DNA of 64,000 bases, taken from the NCBI RefSeq assembly GCF_000150275.1, contig NW_002060950.1:2716106-2780105 (forward strand). The letters run 5' to 3'. Positions 52,129 through 64,000 of the stretch are shown here, piece after piece. How positions within the stretch are numbered: position 1 is the stretch's first letter; every line of letters starts with the position of its first letter. The DNA is from Trichoplax adhaerens. Taxonomy: Eukaryota > Animalia > Placozoa. Both the position numbers and the translations under genes were made by a program. Below the pieces are notes generated by a model that saw only the letters and a program-made list of their open reading frames with translations, ran no database searches and was not told where the DNA came from.

Positions 52129-53938
52129 TTGCACTGTAATAATTAGCTGATGCTAGTGGTGGCCATTATTAATAATTATAACAATATAATATTTAATTTA
52201 ACTTATTATTACGATCAAAATTCGCGTAGACAAATTGATTAGCATTTTGTTTATTCTAGTAATTTTTCTTCAGATAACATTTCATAGACAAAATCTATGT
52301 TAAATATTTATATCTGACTCTTATTCGATGTTTAATATCTTTTACTGTCAAACGATTACAGTAGTTGAGTTTTAATGCTCTTCATTATTAATACTTGGAT
52401 ATTTAATTCTTATGAACTTCATGCTAAATTTACAAAACTGAGACTATTCGATTTATTTGCATTTCTTTATTTTGATTGGAATTAGAAAATATTCAGGAAT
52501 AATCTTAAGCCTAACTGCTATCTTAGTTCCAACTTTGACGAGCATTCGATCATCATGTAGAAATTTCGCATATAAGTAAGATTAATAACTGATGTGATCA
52601 TTTGCATATTTAAATATTGCAAGATTTCCTTGAAAGCTACAGTTTTGAAGTAATACATAACTGACAACGTATAATTAGAACAACTTGTTAAATTGGTATT
52701 CCAAACACGAATAAACTTTTGGATTGCATTTAAAGTATTTATCATTTGCAATTATCATCGAATAGAGATTGTCCAATGGATTATAAGTTATTCCAGGAAA
52801 TCGATCTCTATCATAGTTAATAGTTATATGCAGTTTACTGATAGAGGATCCTCGATTGTGATAAAATTTTGAGTGCTTGTAGTTGCATCGATTGCTATAT
52901 TTAAAAGAGCAGCAAACGAGCTAATGTAATCATCTACCATCGATAGTAGATATAGCTGGAAACACTGACATGATTAAATTTTATTTAATCATTTCCTTTA
53001 GCTCTTTTTAGATCATATTCTCGACATCTGTACAAAATATGCTACAACTAATCTATTACGTTATGTTAATAACACAAGTTTTTTGGTATCATTTTCAACA
53101 ATGAGACTTATTCCACCAATGAGAATCCAAAGATGCTGGTACCTTGAGTTTTAATATATCTTAGCAAACTCTGGACTAGTTATCAGCGAAATGATCAATA
53201 ATATATATCTACAGTAATATTTCAATAGTGGAAGATACGTATATCTAAGGATTGAGCAATTTTGCACTCTGTACCTTGGTCAAGATTTAATATTTGTAAG
53301 TAACAAACATGCCCGATGAATTAGCGAGTAGAGTAGATCATGTAAGACGCCTACGAGGATATATCGTACCTTTTAGACCTATAGTTGTAAGCTATTAAGA
53401 TATTAAAACGATGCCGGTAAAAATTTAGTGGTAAAAAATTTTTCAAACAATATTTAACGAGAAGGAAAGTATTTATTCAGTTATTATTTATAACATCAAT
53501 TTTTGCATATACAAATAAACAGATATCTAACTTATAGATCGTTTCATTACCAAGAAAATAAGTGAATACACTTCTCAAATGCTCAATAGAACCAATTAAA
53601 AAATTGGGGTATGTGAAACATACGAAACGTTAGTAATCCCATTTCATAGCTGATATACAATACAAATGGGAAATTATCCATGCAAATAAAAGAGGTACGT
53701 ACATACAATATTTTAACTGGGGTAACGTGTTCAGCTTAAGTAAGCACATGACAGTCTATTTCTGAGGAGTAGAATCGAAAAAGAATGGCTTTCAATTATT
53801 ATAATATGATATTTCGTAATTATTCGAGAGTTCGCTTTCCTTAACTTTAGAGCAATATTTTTTAACAACTGCATTAACTGCGGTGTTATTACGTCAATAT
53901 CTCTAACGGATCTGACCTTTTGCCCTTCATTTTTACAT

Positions 53939-56900
53939 TTATCTTCTACTAGAACGAGCTGAGGCTGTAGGTGGTGGGGGTGGGCCCATTTTATGTAATT
54001 GATCGATATAGTCCAATAGCATTTCCTCTCTACGCTCCTTGACGCAGTCCAAAATTAAGTATCTTTTATCATTCTAATGTTAAATACAAAAAATTGAAAA
54101 TTCATTTTTTAATACTAGCTTTTAGAGAATACGAGTATGTTTATAAAGATGGGCAACCGTGTACACATTTTACCTTTAATATCTGATGGATTTCCCTCCA
54201 ATGTGTATCAGTCGATTCAATCAATTCTTTTGACCTAATTAAAATATTTCGGATGAGTTTTTTAAATTGGATTAAGTGAAATATCGTGGTGTAATTGAAC
54301 ATAAATCATTATAAATGTACATTGTACTTACTTATGGGTGATACATTTAATCTCTTTTAGTAATTCAGTAAAATCTAGCTTGGCTTGGTCTAGTCTATCT
54401 CGCTGATACTTGTCGAATACTGCTTCTCGTTTCTACGCGCAATTCAGATAGGATTAATCGAACATAATCGTAAAATGAAATTAGTTTCGTATACTCTCAC
54501 CGAATCACTTGAGCTAAATTTACTGTAACGTGGGTCATCACGAAGCCCTTTCTTAACGGTCTTCCATCGAGCCAACAGAGATGTCTTAATATTTAATTAA
54601 ATATGACATTAGCTGCATTGCTGAATATTTTCATAAAAGGCTACACAAAATTGAAATAAACACTGGAACTCATACATCAGCCTCGTTCAACATTGCCAGA
54701 AAATGTTTCTCTTTCTTAGCATATAATTTATCGACATGCTTCTTAAATATAATTTCCCTTTCGGAACTTTCTAGTATAGAACAATTTTCATATCGTCGAT
54801 CTTTACGTAGGATATGACGAGCTTCCTTCCAATCAAGATCTGGATCTCTAATCTATTATTATTCCGAATATAAATATAATATTTTCCAGTCGCTTACGTA
54901 TATTACAAGCAACTAAGATGAGATCTGTCATAATATTGCTAAATTGTACCAAATCCGTCAGCAAAGCCGAAAATTGATCTTTTGCTTCGTCTCTTCTATG
55001 ATGAACTCTTTCTCGATCCAACTCTCTTGCATGCTCGTTTAGTGCCTGTCTCACCTGCTCTTCGCGCGCTCGAATACTAGCTTCTACACGCCTTTTACGA
55101 TCTAAATCTTCGTCATTATCCTAACGAAATGTACTTAAATTCAGTTACCTGTAGTTGCGTTTCAGTCAAGTTCATATTTGTGCTAACCTTAGATTTTATT
55201 ATTTCCTGTATATACTGATTAAACAGTTCTTGTCGTTCACGCGAGCCACCCACTCCTTTGTATCTATCATCTCTATCAAACCGATACTTGATTTTATCCC
55301 ACTTTGAATTTTCATGAATAGACTTGACTTCTTGCAACATAGCGAAAAAATTTTCTTTCATCTGCCAAATAAAACAAATTTGTTTGAGACAATTCATTTC
55401 AATATTAGTATTCTTGCAGTCATTTAATAAAGGTTAAGTTAAATCAATCAAACACAAACCCTTTCCTGCTTTTGCTGAGATTTTTCCTTCTGATGCTTTC
55501 TAATTTCTAAAATGTGCTCATTAAAGAGACCCTCACGCTCCCGCATTTTTTCTATACCTTTAAACCGACTGTCCTTTGCGTATTTTGAGGCAAAATCACT
55601 AAAGTTTGACCTTCACGTACAGGTAAGCCACAACAGATCGAAAATTAGGGATTTAGTAGCGTGTAATGAAACGTTATACGATATTCGCTAAAATATTACA
55701 AGAAACGATTTCTACAGCTCAATCATTTATCTAGTTGAAATTTCCACTGCTTAATCTGAATTTTCAATTAAATGCTGTTACAGCGTATATTTAAATGTGA
55801 AACAGTCAGGATATTAACGCAAGCAGGCAGCTTTGCAGACCATAATGGGTAATTTAATGTACACAAGGTATATTTGATACACTTTGGGTCCCAAGTCAGA
55901 TTTTATAAATCTCTAGATACAGGGAATAAAATGAGCTACAAGGCCACTGAAGTTACTCTATGCTGTGATTCAGGCAAATTTTAAAAAATATAAAAGTAAT
56001 ATTTTACTTTTCTATCGAAAATTCTTACATGAACAATGAACTTGAAGCTGCAAGACTACAGCTCAGAGCACAATATTTAATGACTAGCTAATTGTAGGAA
56101 ACAATCATTAAACGAAATTCAAATCTTCTAATTATACATGGAATACTTGCGCCAAACAATATCGAAATTGGAGTCTTAAAGGTATAATTTTAATTCAAAA
56201 GTTACATACTTGCTTGACAATTTTGCTTCCACTAATAACTGTTGAAAATTTTCTTTTTGTTTCCGAATCTTATCGCGTCTTTCTTTCCTTTCTTCATCAG
56301 CACGTACTCGAATAAAATCCTCAAACACCTGCTTACGATCTTTGTTAGGCAATAATAAATAACGAGGATCGAATACAATTTTGGGTTTTTCCTTATCCCA
56401 AGTAGAGAATGCAGATACCTAATAAATTAAGAGTCGAAATTTAAATTACCAAAATAAATGTCAGATCTGGAATCTTAATACTATAGTAATTATGTTGTAG
56501 ATAATATTGATAACTACGGCTCTTCACAGTAAGATAATTGATACGTGTGCATAGTTTCTCCTTACACTGCGCTCACGGAGCATAGTCATAAACTGGTTCA
56601 CCCGTTCTTCTTGTGACAATGACTCCCTCAATCGAGCTGCTTCTTGTTCTGCAGCTCTTCTCTTATCAAATTCAACCTCTTCGTCTATAGGTTTCTCCGC
56701 TATTTGATCATCGTTAGGATTTTCTTCAATATGTGCAGTATCAGCATCAACGGGTGCTTGACCATCGCTAACCGCACTCTCCTCCATGCTGCCGTCACTG
56801 TCATCAGACTCTTCACCAGATCTTTTACGGCATTAATAATATATTTGAAATTAGCTTTTATCATTTTAAGGCATGCAAATATATTATTAGCTGAAGCAAT

Positions 56901-58829
56901 TACGTGCAGCTTGCTTACTTGAACTTTTTAGTCGGTTGTTCAATTTCTTTTTTTGTATTTCCTAATGCCATAGCCGCATTGAAAGAATTATTGTATTAGA
57001 ACCAAATCGAGTTCATTGTCAAGTAATTATACTGCACATGTACACTGTAAGTATGGACTAGTAACGATATTTTATGTGATTACTTCAATCTGATGCTGCG
57101 CTAACAATTTTTAAATATTATCAAAAGTTATCAGCTATACCATCCCCATAAGGTCCAGCTTTCAATAATTCAGTAACATCGGTATTATCTCCTAAATCTT
57201 CTGGTATTTTCCAGGATGAGGTGCGCGACATTGGATTATAAAAGAAATGTTTGCTATCATTTGTCCATACCAAACACCAAGCACTATTTTTAATAGCTTT
57301 CCTAGCGATAGGTTTAGTCTTTCTGGCGTCTACATAGAACAACAACAACGAGGTACATTCAATACAAATTACCAGCAATAATTATTTAGAAACGAAGATG
57401 TTGTATTCGATAGATTGAGAGTAAGCGAAATTTAAGATCATTATACCTTTCGATTGCTCTGTAGTATGTATTTTATTGTCTGATTCTTCATTACCTGTAA
57501 AATGGAAATACTTTTATATAAGAACGTAACGCCTAGATAATTGTTATATACTAGTTGGATGTCATAGTAGCTAATTGTGCTAAGAGGATGTTTATCTTAC
57601 TAAACAAAGTTGCACGTACAACTTACAAGGAATAGCACGATAAATTAATGATGATAAACTATGGTCATACTTGCTATCAACTTATTTGGTGGCCTTAACA
57701 TGGGCATGTTGGCTAGTGCTGGTGGTGGCAGCATCATCGGGGGCAACATCATTGACGGGCCTTCTAAAGCTGCTGGTTTTTCCCACTTCGATTCCATCGT
57801 ACGAATATTGTAGTAATAAACTCTTCCATCGGCATTTTTATGTTCACTCCATTCTGAGAATTTTGGCTGCGGCATAAATGGAGGTCTTAACATTGGAGGG
57901 TGAGGCAAGGTGGGGGCAGGTGGTTGAGCCACAGCATCTTTAGGCTTATCCCAGGATGATTCTTTAGTACGTGTGTTATAATAGTAAACTTTGCCATCAG
58001 AGTTCTTGTGTTCAAGCCATACATCGTTGTTACTATCAACCAACATCATACTTGCAGCGTGCTGTTGACGTGGTTGTTGCTGTTGCGGTTGTTCTGTTGG
58101 TGGCTTATTACTTCCACTAAGAACCTAGATTACGTTTGACAGATAAAGCACACGTTAATGTATCGCTACATCTATAAAGGTGTAATCTTTTATGAATGGA
58201 ATGAGTAAGTGATTGAAACGGCCTTGGTGTTTATTAACTATTGTTATTAGTCTACATGCTACTTATAAGATAGCTTTTTGGAAACCAATCCTTACTATTA
58301 CTGTGCAACGTTGAAATCAACGACATTTATAAGTAGGTTGGATTTTCAGCAATTGTTTGTGGAGCATAGAGTACTGAATACTACACGTACAATATAGTAT
58401 GACAATTTTGGGGATTCGTAATAAGATACGAATATCACGTCCATCTATTCAACGTCTCTTCAATGCTTATACATTGGCTCATGTGAAGGCTGAATGCTTG
58501 CAGCATTCATCCTTACAGACATTGAATTACAGTTGTGCTGAATGTGTGCATATCATGAACGACAGAAGTCTTGGTACCTGTGGTGGGACACCAGGAGGAG
58601 CCATGGTTCCTAGGCCAGGAGCAGCTGGTGGTTGGCCTGGTGGAGCAACATTAGCCATCGGCATAGGTGGTGGCTGACCGATAGGATTTAGTGCCATGGT
58701 TACTGGACGTATTGGCTGTGGTGGTGGCGGTGGTAAATTTGCAGCATTACCCGGCGGAGCATTGGTAGAATCGCTAATTGGTGGTCGAAACATGATGTGT
58801 CTATTTGGCAATGACATTATTTTATTCAT
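53939..58829 (-). CDS. TCERG1: Transcription elongation regulator 1 (CA150): Pro-rich region, 3 WW domains, FF repeats, multi-exon
   Basis: WW domains [52 protein letters not shown] and [28 protein letters not shown] domains include [29 protein letters not shown]. The C-terminus is [17 protein letters not shown] probable non-coding exon ends at 59145. Confidence 0.93.
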
Positions 58830-59514
58830 TAATGATCAAGAGTTCTCACCCCGGTCAGTAGTAATAGCAGTTGTAATCTATAGATCTAATTAAGATTATT
58901 AGACAGTGTAAACACAACAGACTGTCGGGTAATTAATAGATAAGCTGAAATGGATCCTTAAACTTTGAACTTTAACTGGTTTATTTATCAATACGATCAG
59001 GGATCTGGACAGCACTGGATTCATAATATTTTTTCTTTTATTTAGATGGAGTTTACACAGGTTGATTTTTAGATTATGGTGGATACAGAGAATGCAACGC
59101 TTAGAATAAAATGATTTATTTATCGGTTGTGAAGTTCTTCTTACCTGTGATAGTCGATGATGGGCCCACTGCAATGGGAAAAATGAAATGAAAGCTGGAG
59201 CTTTTTTTCTGTAACTATTGGCTCAGTGAGTGTGCAAGCAGCTTGTACGTCCACTCGTTGTCACTGTAATGGATTTGGTATAGCGAAGACGCTGACAATA
59301 ATGCCTTATTAGAAATGAACAAAATAGAACTTTTAAGATTGTCATACAGGATCGATACAACAAGTCATTCTTTCATTGATTTTCCAGTTTTAACAAGGCA
59401 ATTTATTCCTTACAAGGGAAAACTTTAGTTGTTTCTGGTAAGAGAATTGGAGGACAAGTTCTAGAGCTCAGCCATTTTGATTTTAAGCAGACCAGCTTAG
59501 CTACCAGCTGCAAA

Positions 59515-60000
59515 TTGTTCCAGTACCTATCTCTACGTACAGTAGACTGTACTGTAGGTAGCTGTACAGTATGCACTCAGTACAGTACATATTGTACTGT
59601 ACTGCGTAATGTACCGTACTGTACTGGCTTCTCAGAGTGGTCTGTGACTGGACAGACGGGCTCTGGACAGTATGGACTGCGCATAGAAGAGGTACAGTAC
59701 TGTTCAGTGTTCACTACTGTTCTATATGTAGAGTTGAGTACACATCCCGCAACTTCTCTACCGAAAAATGAGAATTGGAGTATCTTATTACTTAGGTTGT
59801 ATTAGCTTAAGTTGCTCAGGATTAAAATTGAATAATAATCAATTACTACTGCTTAGCCTAAGTTCCTCTAGGACTCTAAGCTCACAGCTAAGCTGAGTTC
59901 TTCAGTATACTGTACCATATCGACGGTGTACAGTACACTGCAATAGACAGTCATACTGTGGTGTATACTGAACGTGCTGTTCTACTGTACTGTACTGTAG
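59515..60000. repeat. CAGTA/TACTG-rich palindromic island upstream of TCERG1
   Basis: Dense CAGTAC/GTACTG words at 59520-59720 and 59905-60000, with a 5-nt-periodic ACTGG/ACAGA stretch similar to the 22.9-kb island. Adjacent to a YY1-like GCCATTTT at 59473. Confidence 0.7.
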
Positions 60001-60416
60001 GGTAATATTGTTTCCAGCGGAGATGCATTGCTAACTCGACTTATACTGTCGATTTGTTGCGATTTTAGCGAATAATTCCATCTCCCGGACCCAACGGATT
60101 GTCATGATTATGAGTGATGTATTTTGAATGATCGCTAATATGAAGTAAAAGACGATCTGATTCATTACAATATCGTTGGATGGAGTTGGCAAATGGGTGT
60201 AGTGATACTGAGTAGTCTCTTCTCTTCGTGGACTACTAACATACCAATATTACTGTCCTAGTCCAAGCCACAACATACTGTTGTCTACTGTACTATACAG
60301 TAGAGATTTCAAGCTTGTAACCAATTTTACGGGAAAAGTCGAGAATATCTCCAGAAATAAGAAACAAGTTGGCATTCGCAAGTTCTTAGGCTACAACCAA
60401 ATATAGAATTGATCCA

Positions 60417-60620
60417 GTTTGGGCCTGATTGAGCTAATACAATTCTATGTTTTCAGGGTGCCATCGATAATAATCACACTCAGCGTGATTATTATCGATG
60501 GCACCCTGAAAANCATAGAATTGTATAATGTCAATCAGGCCCAAACAGGACAGTGTGATCATTATCGATGGCACCCTGAAAACATAGAATTGTATAAGCT
60601 CAATCAGGCCCAAGCAGGAC
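60417..60620. repeat. Long inverted repeat (~61-bp arms, 7-nt loop) plus a third direct copy of the arm
   Basis: 60417-60477 is the near-perfect reverse complement of 60485-60546. 60555-60618 repeats the second arm. There is an ambiguous N at 60513. Confidence 0.9.
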
Positions 60621-60710
60621 AGTCCTGTAGTCTGTTCTCATACTGCGCAGAACAATAGTGTACAGTGTACAGTACAAATAGTGCTACTGTACACTGTAGC
60701 CTACTGTGTA

Positions 60711-61139
60711 CAACCCTTTACAAACCCAATTGTCACCCCCTGAGTACAGTGACACTTACATAACTCTACATGCAATTATTATTTATAAAACTTAGCTTAC
60801 ATGATAGGTAGGAGGTATGCTCATTATTTGAGCTTGATGCTGCAACATTAGAGCTTAATGCTGCAACATTAGAGCTCGATGTCACAATACTCCACAGTAG
60901 AGTACTGTAGAGTAGAGTACAGTACCAACCGAACTCGCTACAGTACATACTTTCAATTGGGTTTGTACAAACCCAATTATCACCCCCTGAGTACTGTAGA
61001 GTAGAGTACACTCAGTACAGTACAGTACTGTAGTGTAGAGTACAGTACTGTACACTACAGTACTTTACACTGTACAGTACAAACCAAACTCGCTACAGTA
61101 CATACTTTCAGGGGGTGACCATTGGGTTTGTAAAGGGTG
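60711..61139. mobile_element. MITE-like non-autonomous DNA transposon with ~32-bp TIRs and TA target-site duplication (Tc1/mariner-type ends); internally dimeric
   Basis: Left end TA|CAACCCTTTACAAACCCAATTGTCACCCCCTGA; right end TCAGGGGGTGACCATTGGGTTTGTAAAGGGTG|TA. An internal TIR copy lies at ~60966-60991, and aactcgctacagtacatactttca is repeated at ~60932 and ~61087. No transposase. Confidence 0.7.
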
Positions 61140-61227
61140 TACCATACAGTGGCTTTCACTATCCCACGCAAATTGGCGATTTCCTTCTTTCCACTGCAAA
61201 GTAGGCATCAAGGTATTGGTTAGCATT

Positions 61228-63922
61228 ATGGCCAAGTTTTATGGCGGAATTGAAGGGTAAGGGCAATATGCTATCTTCTTTAGCTTGATCGAGTTCATTG
61301 CACAATGCCATTATTCTACCTGTAGTAACTATATGATGATGGAAAGTATACCTAATGCATGGTAACACACAACCTCAGTCGTCTACGACTCGTCTTGTCA
61401 CAGGCCTTGACGTACAGAACTGTATATAAATCAGGAATATTTCTATTGATTGATTGTCAATGGTTCTATCATCGATCGTTTAAAGTATTCATCAATGCTA
61501 GTAGCTACTATCGTACTGTCTATAAAATTCAATGGATTACTAGTACTCATTAGCTACTGTTGATGATTCCGTCATCATGTTTCAAAACGATGCGTAATGA
61601 CTGTACATGCAGACCAAATGGACAGTTGTCCATCACCGGTATCATTTATCCTACAGTAATACTCTACCCTTCTATCAATGAAAATGATGATGTTAGATCA
61701 ACATTATCAATAATGCATTGATTGACTATGGCCAAAATTAGCCTAAGAGTATTTCATTTCTAAAACATATTTTCAATATCAACGAGCGCTGATGTTCAGA
61801 TTGGAAATTAGGCATTACATGGAAATCGATCAATATTACCCGATCAACATCCTATACTGTAGACTACAGTATACGATACATTGCATTCACTCAGTATTCA
61901 ACGAGACGCTTATAACATGACAACATACGAGTATTGCATTAGCTAACAACCATTTCCAATCAAATTAGAGGTTGTTGGTATCATCATCATCATCATAAAA
62001 TCCCCTTAATCGTATTCTAGTTGGAAAGTAAATAAATATTACCTCTTTAGCATTAGTAGTATTAATTCTACAAGACACTTGATAACATCGCTAATCTAGC
62101 CGTTCTCACTCATTCATTTCTTTCCAGTGGTGGCTCAACGTCCAACATGATTATTATGGATTCTACGGGACAAATTATGGGACGTAGTTACGGTACCGGA
62201 ACTAACCCATGGGTAAGATTAATAACAGTAATTGATGCACGTGTATAATGATATATTCATAGACGACTTCGTGGATGCTGATAGACAAAGATGAGCTGGT
62301 ATTCGCTACTATGGTACACTGTAGTATCCATTCATACAGTATGATGTCTATTCACAACATATTTACCTTACTGTACCAGTGAACACTATTCAGCATGGAT
62401 TTCGCTGTCTACGCTCGGCCTAAAATGGATCAGCAATCGTAACAACTGTGCTAACCTGTTCATTGCTAGTTTTGCTTAATTCATCTCAATACTCTACTGA
62501 CACACGAAAGAGATTCTATAATAACAATAACTGCGATTTGAATCTAAACTTATTATTCATAAATCCTACATAGCTTATTGGTCGTGATGAATGCGTTGAT
62601 AAAATTAAAGAGTTATCTGATGAATGTAAGCGAAATGCCGGTCTGAGTCAAGATCAGCAACTGCAAATCCTGGTATGTTATATATTCTATATTTTTAGCG
62701 GAATAAGATTGAATTTTCTTCTCTATACCTTTTTATGTAGGCTAACACAATGGATGACATTTTAATAACTATTATTATTATCGATAGCGACCGTTATTAA
62801 CAGTCAAATAAGCTACCAGTACATACACAATTCTCTTACTACTATATTACAAAGTATTCTTATAAGCGTATATATACTGCATATCATGTAAATTTTCAAG
62901 TAAAATTGCATCTGTACATAACTCATGAACTGTTGAATAGGGAATGTCAATAAGTGGTACTGAATCACAAAGTACACAAGATGAAATTATTGGCAAACTT
63001 CATGATCGCTATCCTAATCTTAGCAAAAGCTATTATATGTGCAATGATACATTTGGCTCGCTAGCTACCGGCTTTGAAGCTGGTAAAAAACATTGATAAC
63101 ATTGATTAAGGATCTATCGATACAATAGTTCGAGATGAGTTTGTTACGATCCAAGCGCGACAGCTTCAAAATTGTTTTGCTTTATTTTTAAAGAAGGCTA
63201 TATTTTTAGTACACTTATTTATCTCTCTTATTAGGAATTGTTCTGATATCTGGCACGGGATCTAATTGTTTATTAATCAATTCTGACGGTACAACTCGTA
63301 ATTGTGGTGGCTGGGGTCATCAATTAGGGGATCATGGTGGAGGTAATTGTACTGTAAATGTAAATTTATGCTTCTGCTCTGTTCATATTTCTTGAACTAC
63401 ATAATTCTAGGCTACTGGATAGCGCATAAGGCAATTACTACCATTTACTATCACTGGGACAATTTCGAATTATCCAAGCATGATATTGGAAAAGTAGAGA
63501 AGCTTCTAAGGGAATATTTTCACGTAAGCTCAATTGATCTTAATTGTAGTGTATACGCCTACTTTTATTTTCGTATTATATTCTTGAATTTCAATTTATT
63601 GAAAATCGTATACTCTTATGCATCAAAAATACTTACTTCACTAGGTGGAAGATAAGAACGATATTTTACCACATTTCTACACTAAATTTGAAAAAGGCTT
63701 TGTGGCAAAGTTTTGCACCGCATTAGCTGAGGGTATACAAAATCGCTACTTGTAATTTTGACAACATTTGTAAGCGCAATACTAAGTACTACATTAATAT
63801 AACCCACTCTTTATTTCTTTGAAGTGGCCAATACTGGTGACCCACTGGCATGTGAAATCTTCAAAGAGGCAGGTTATACCTTAGGGAGACATGTTGCAGC
63901 TGTTTCCCCCTTCATAGAAAAG
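61228..63922 (+). CDS. NAGK: N-acetyl-D-glucosamine kinase, multi-exon, continues beyond the window
   Basis: Exons 61228-61256 ([10 protein letters not shown]), 62128-62212 (GGSTSN...GTNPW), 62574-62672, 62941-63082 (...[10 protein letters not shown]), 63235-63342 ([11 protein letters not shown]...[13 protein letters not shown]), 63411-63523 (YWIAHKAI), 63645-63732 and 63825-63922 ([20 protein letters not shown]). Confidence 0.95.
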
Positions 63923-64000
63923 GTATGAGTATGGATTGTATTTTTACGCTATAATGTTCACATTGGCGAAATTTATGGATATATGTATGAAAATAACCAC

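Overview
AT-rich, compact animal genomic DNA with many short spliceosomal introns. It is most consistent with a placozoan such as Trichoplax (an inference from composition and gene style). Nine protein-coding genes can be reconstructed: beta-TrCP (5' part probably outside the window, +), ENO4 (-) head-to-head with CFAP58 (+) across an RFX X-box promoter, nanos (+), SH3PXD2/Tks (+), DNA polymerase nu (-), SAXO (+), TCERG1 (-) and NAGK (+, runs off the end). The most interesting non-coding signals are: (1) a ~275-nt GC-rich, multi-hairpin, apparently intronic H/ACA- or scaRNA-like candidate upstream of SH3PXD2, with bipartite complementarity to U5 snRNA loop I; (2) palindromic CAGTA/TACTG-rich islands and a TA-flanked MITE sitting at inferred promoters; (3) an 8 x ~153-bp array beside the POLN promoter in which nearly every unit carries a branch-point/pyrimidine-tract/AG signal. 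Pol nu also lacks the normally invariant motif-B arginine, and the gene set matches an ancient linkage group (human 10q24-26/5q/4p16/2p13). Exon boundaries were read by eye and may be off by a few bases.
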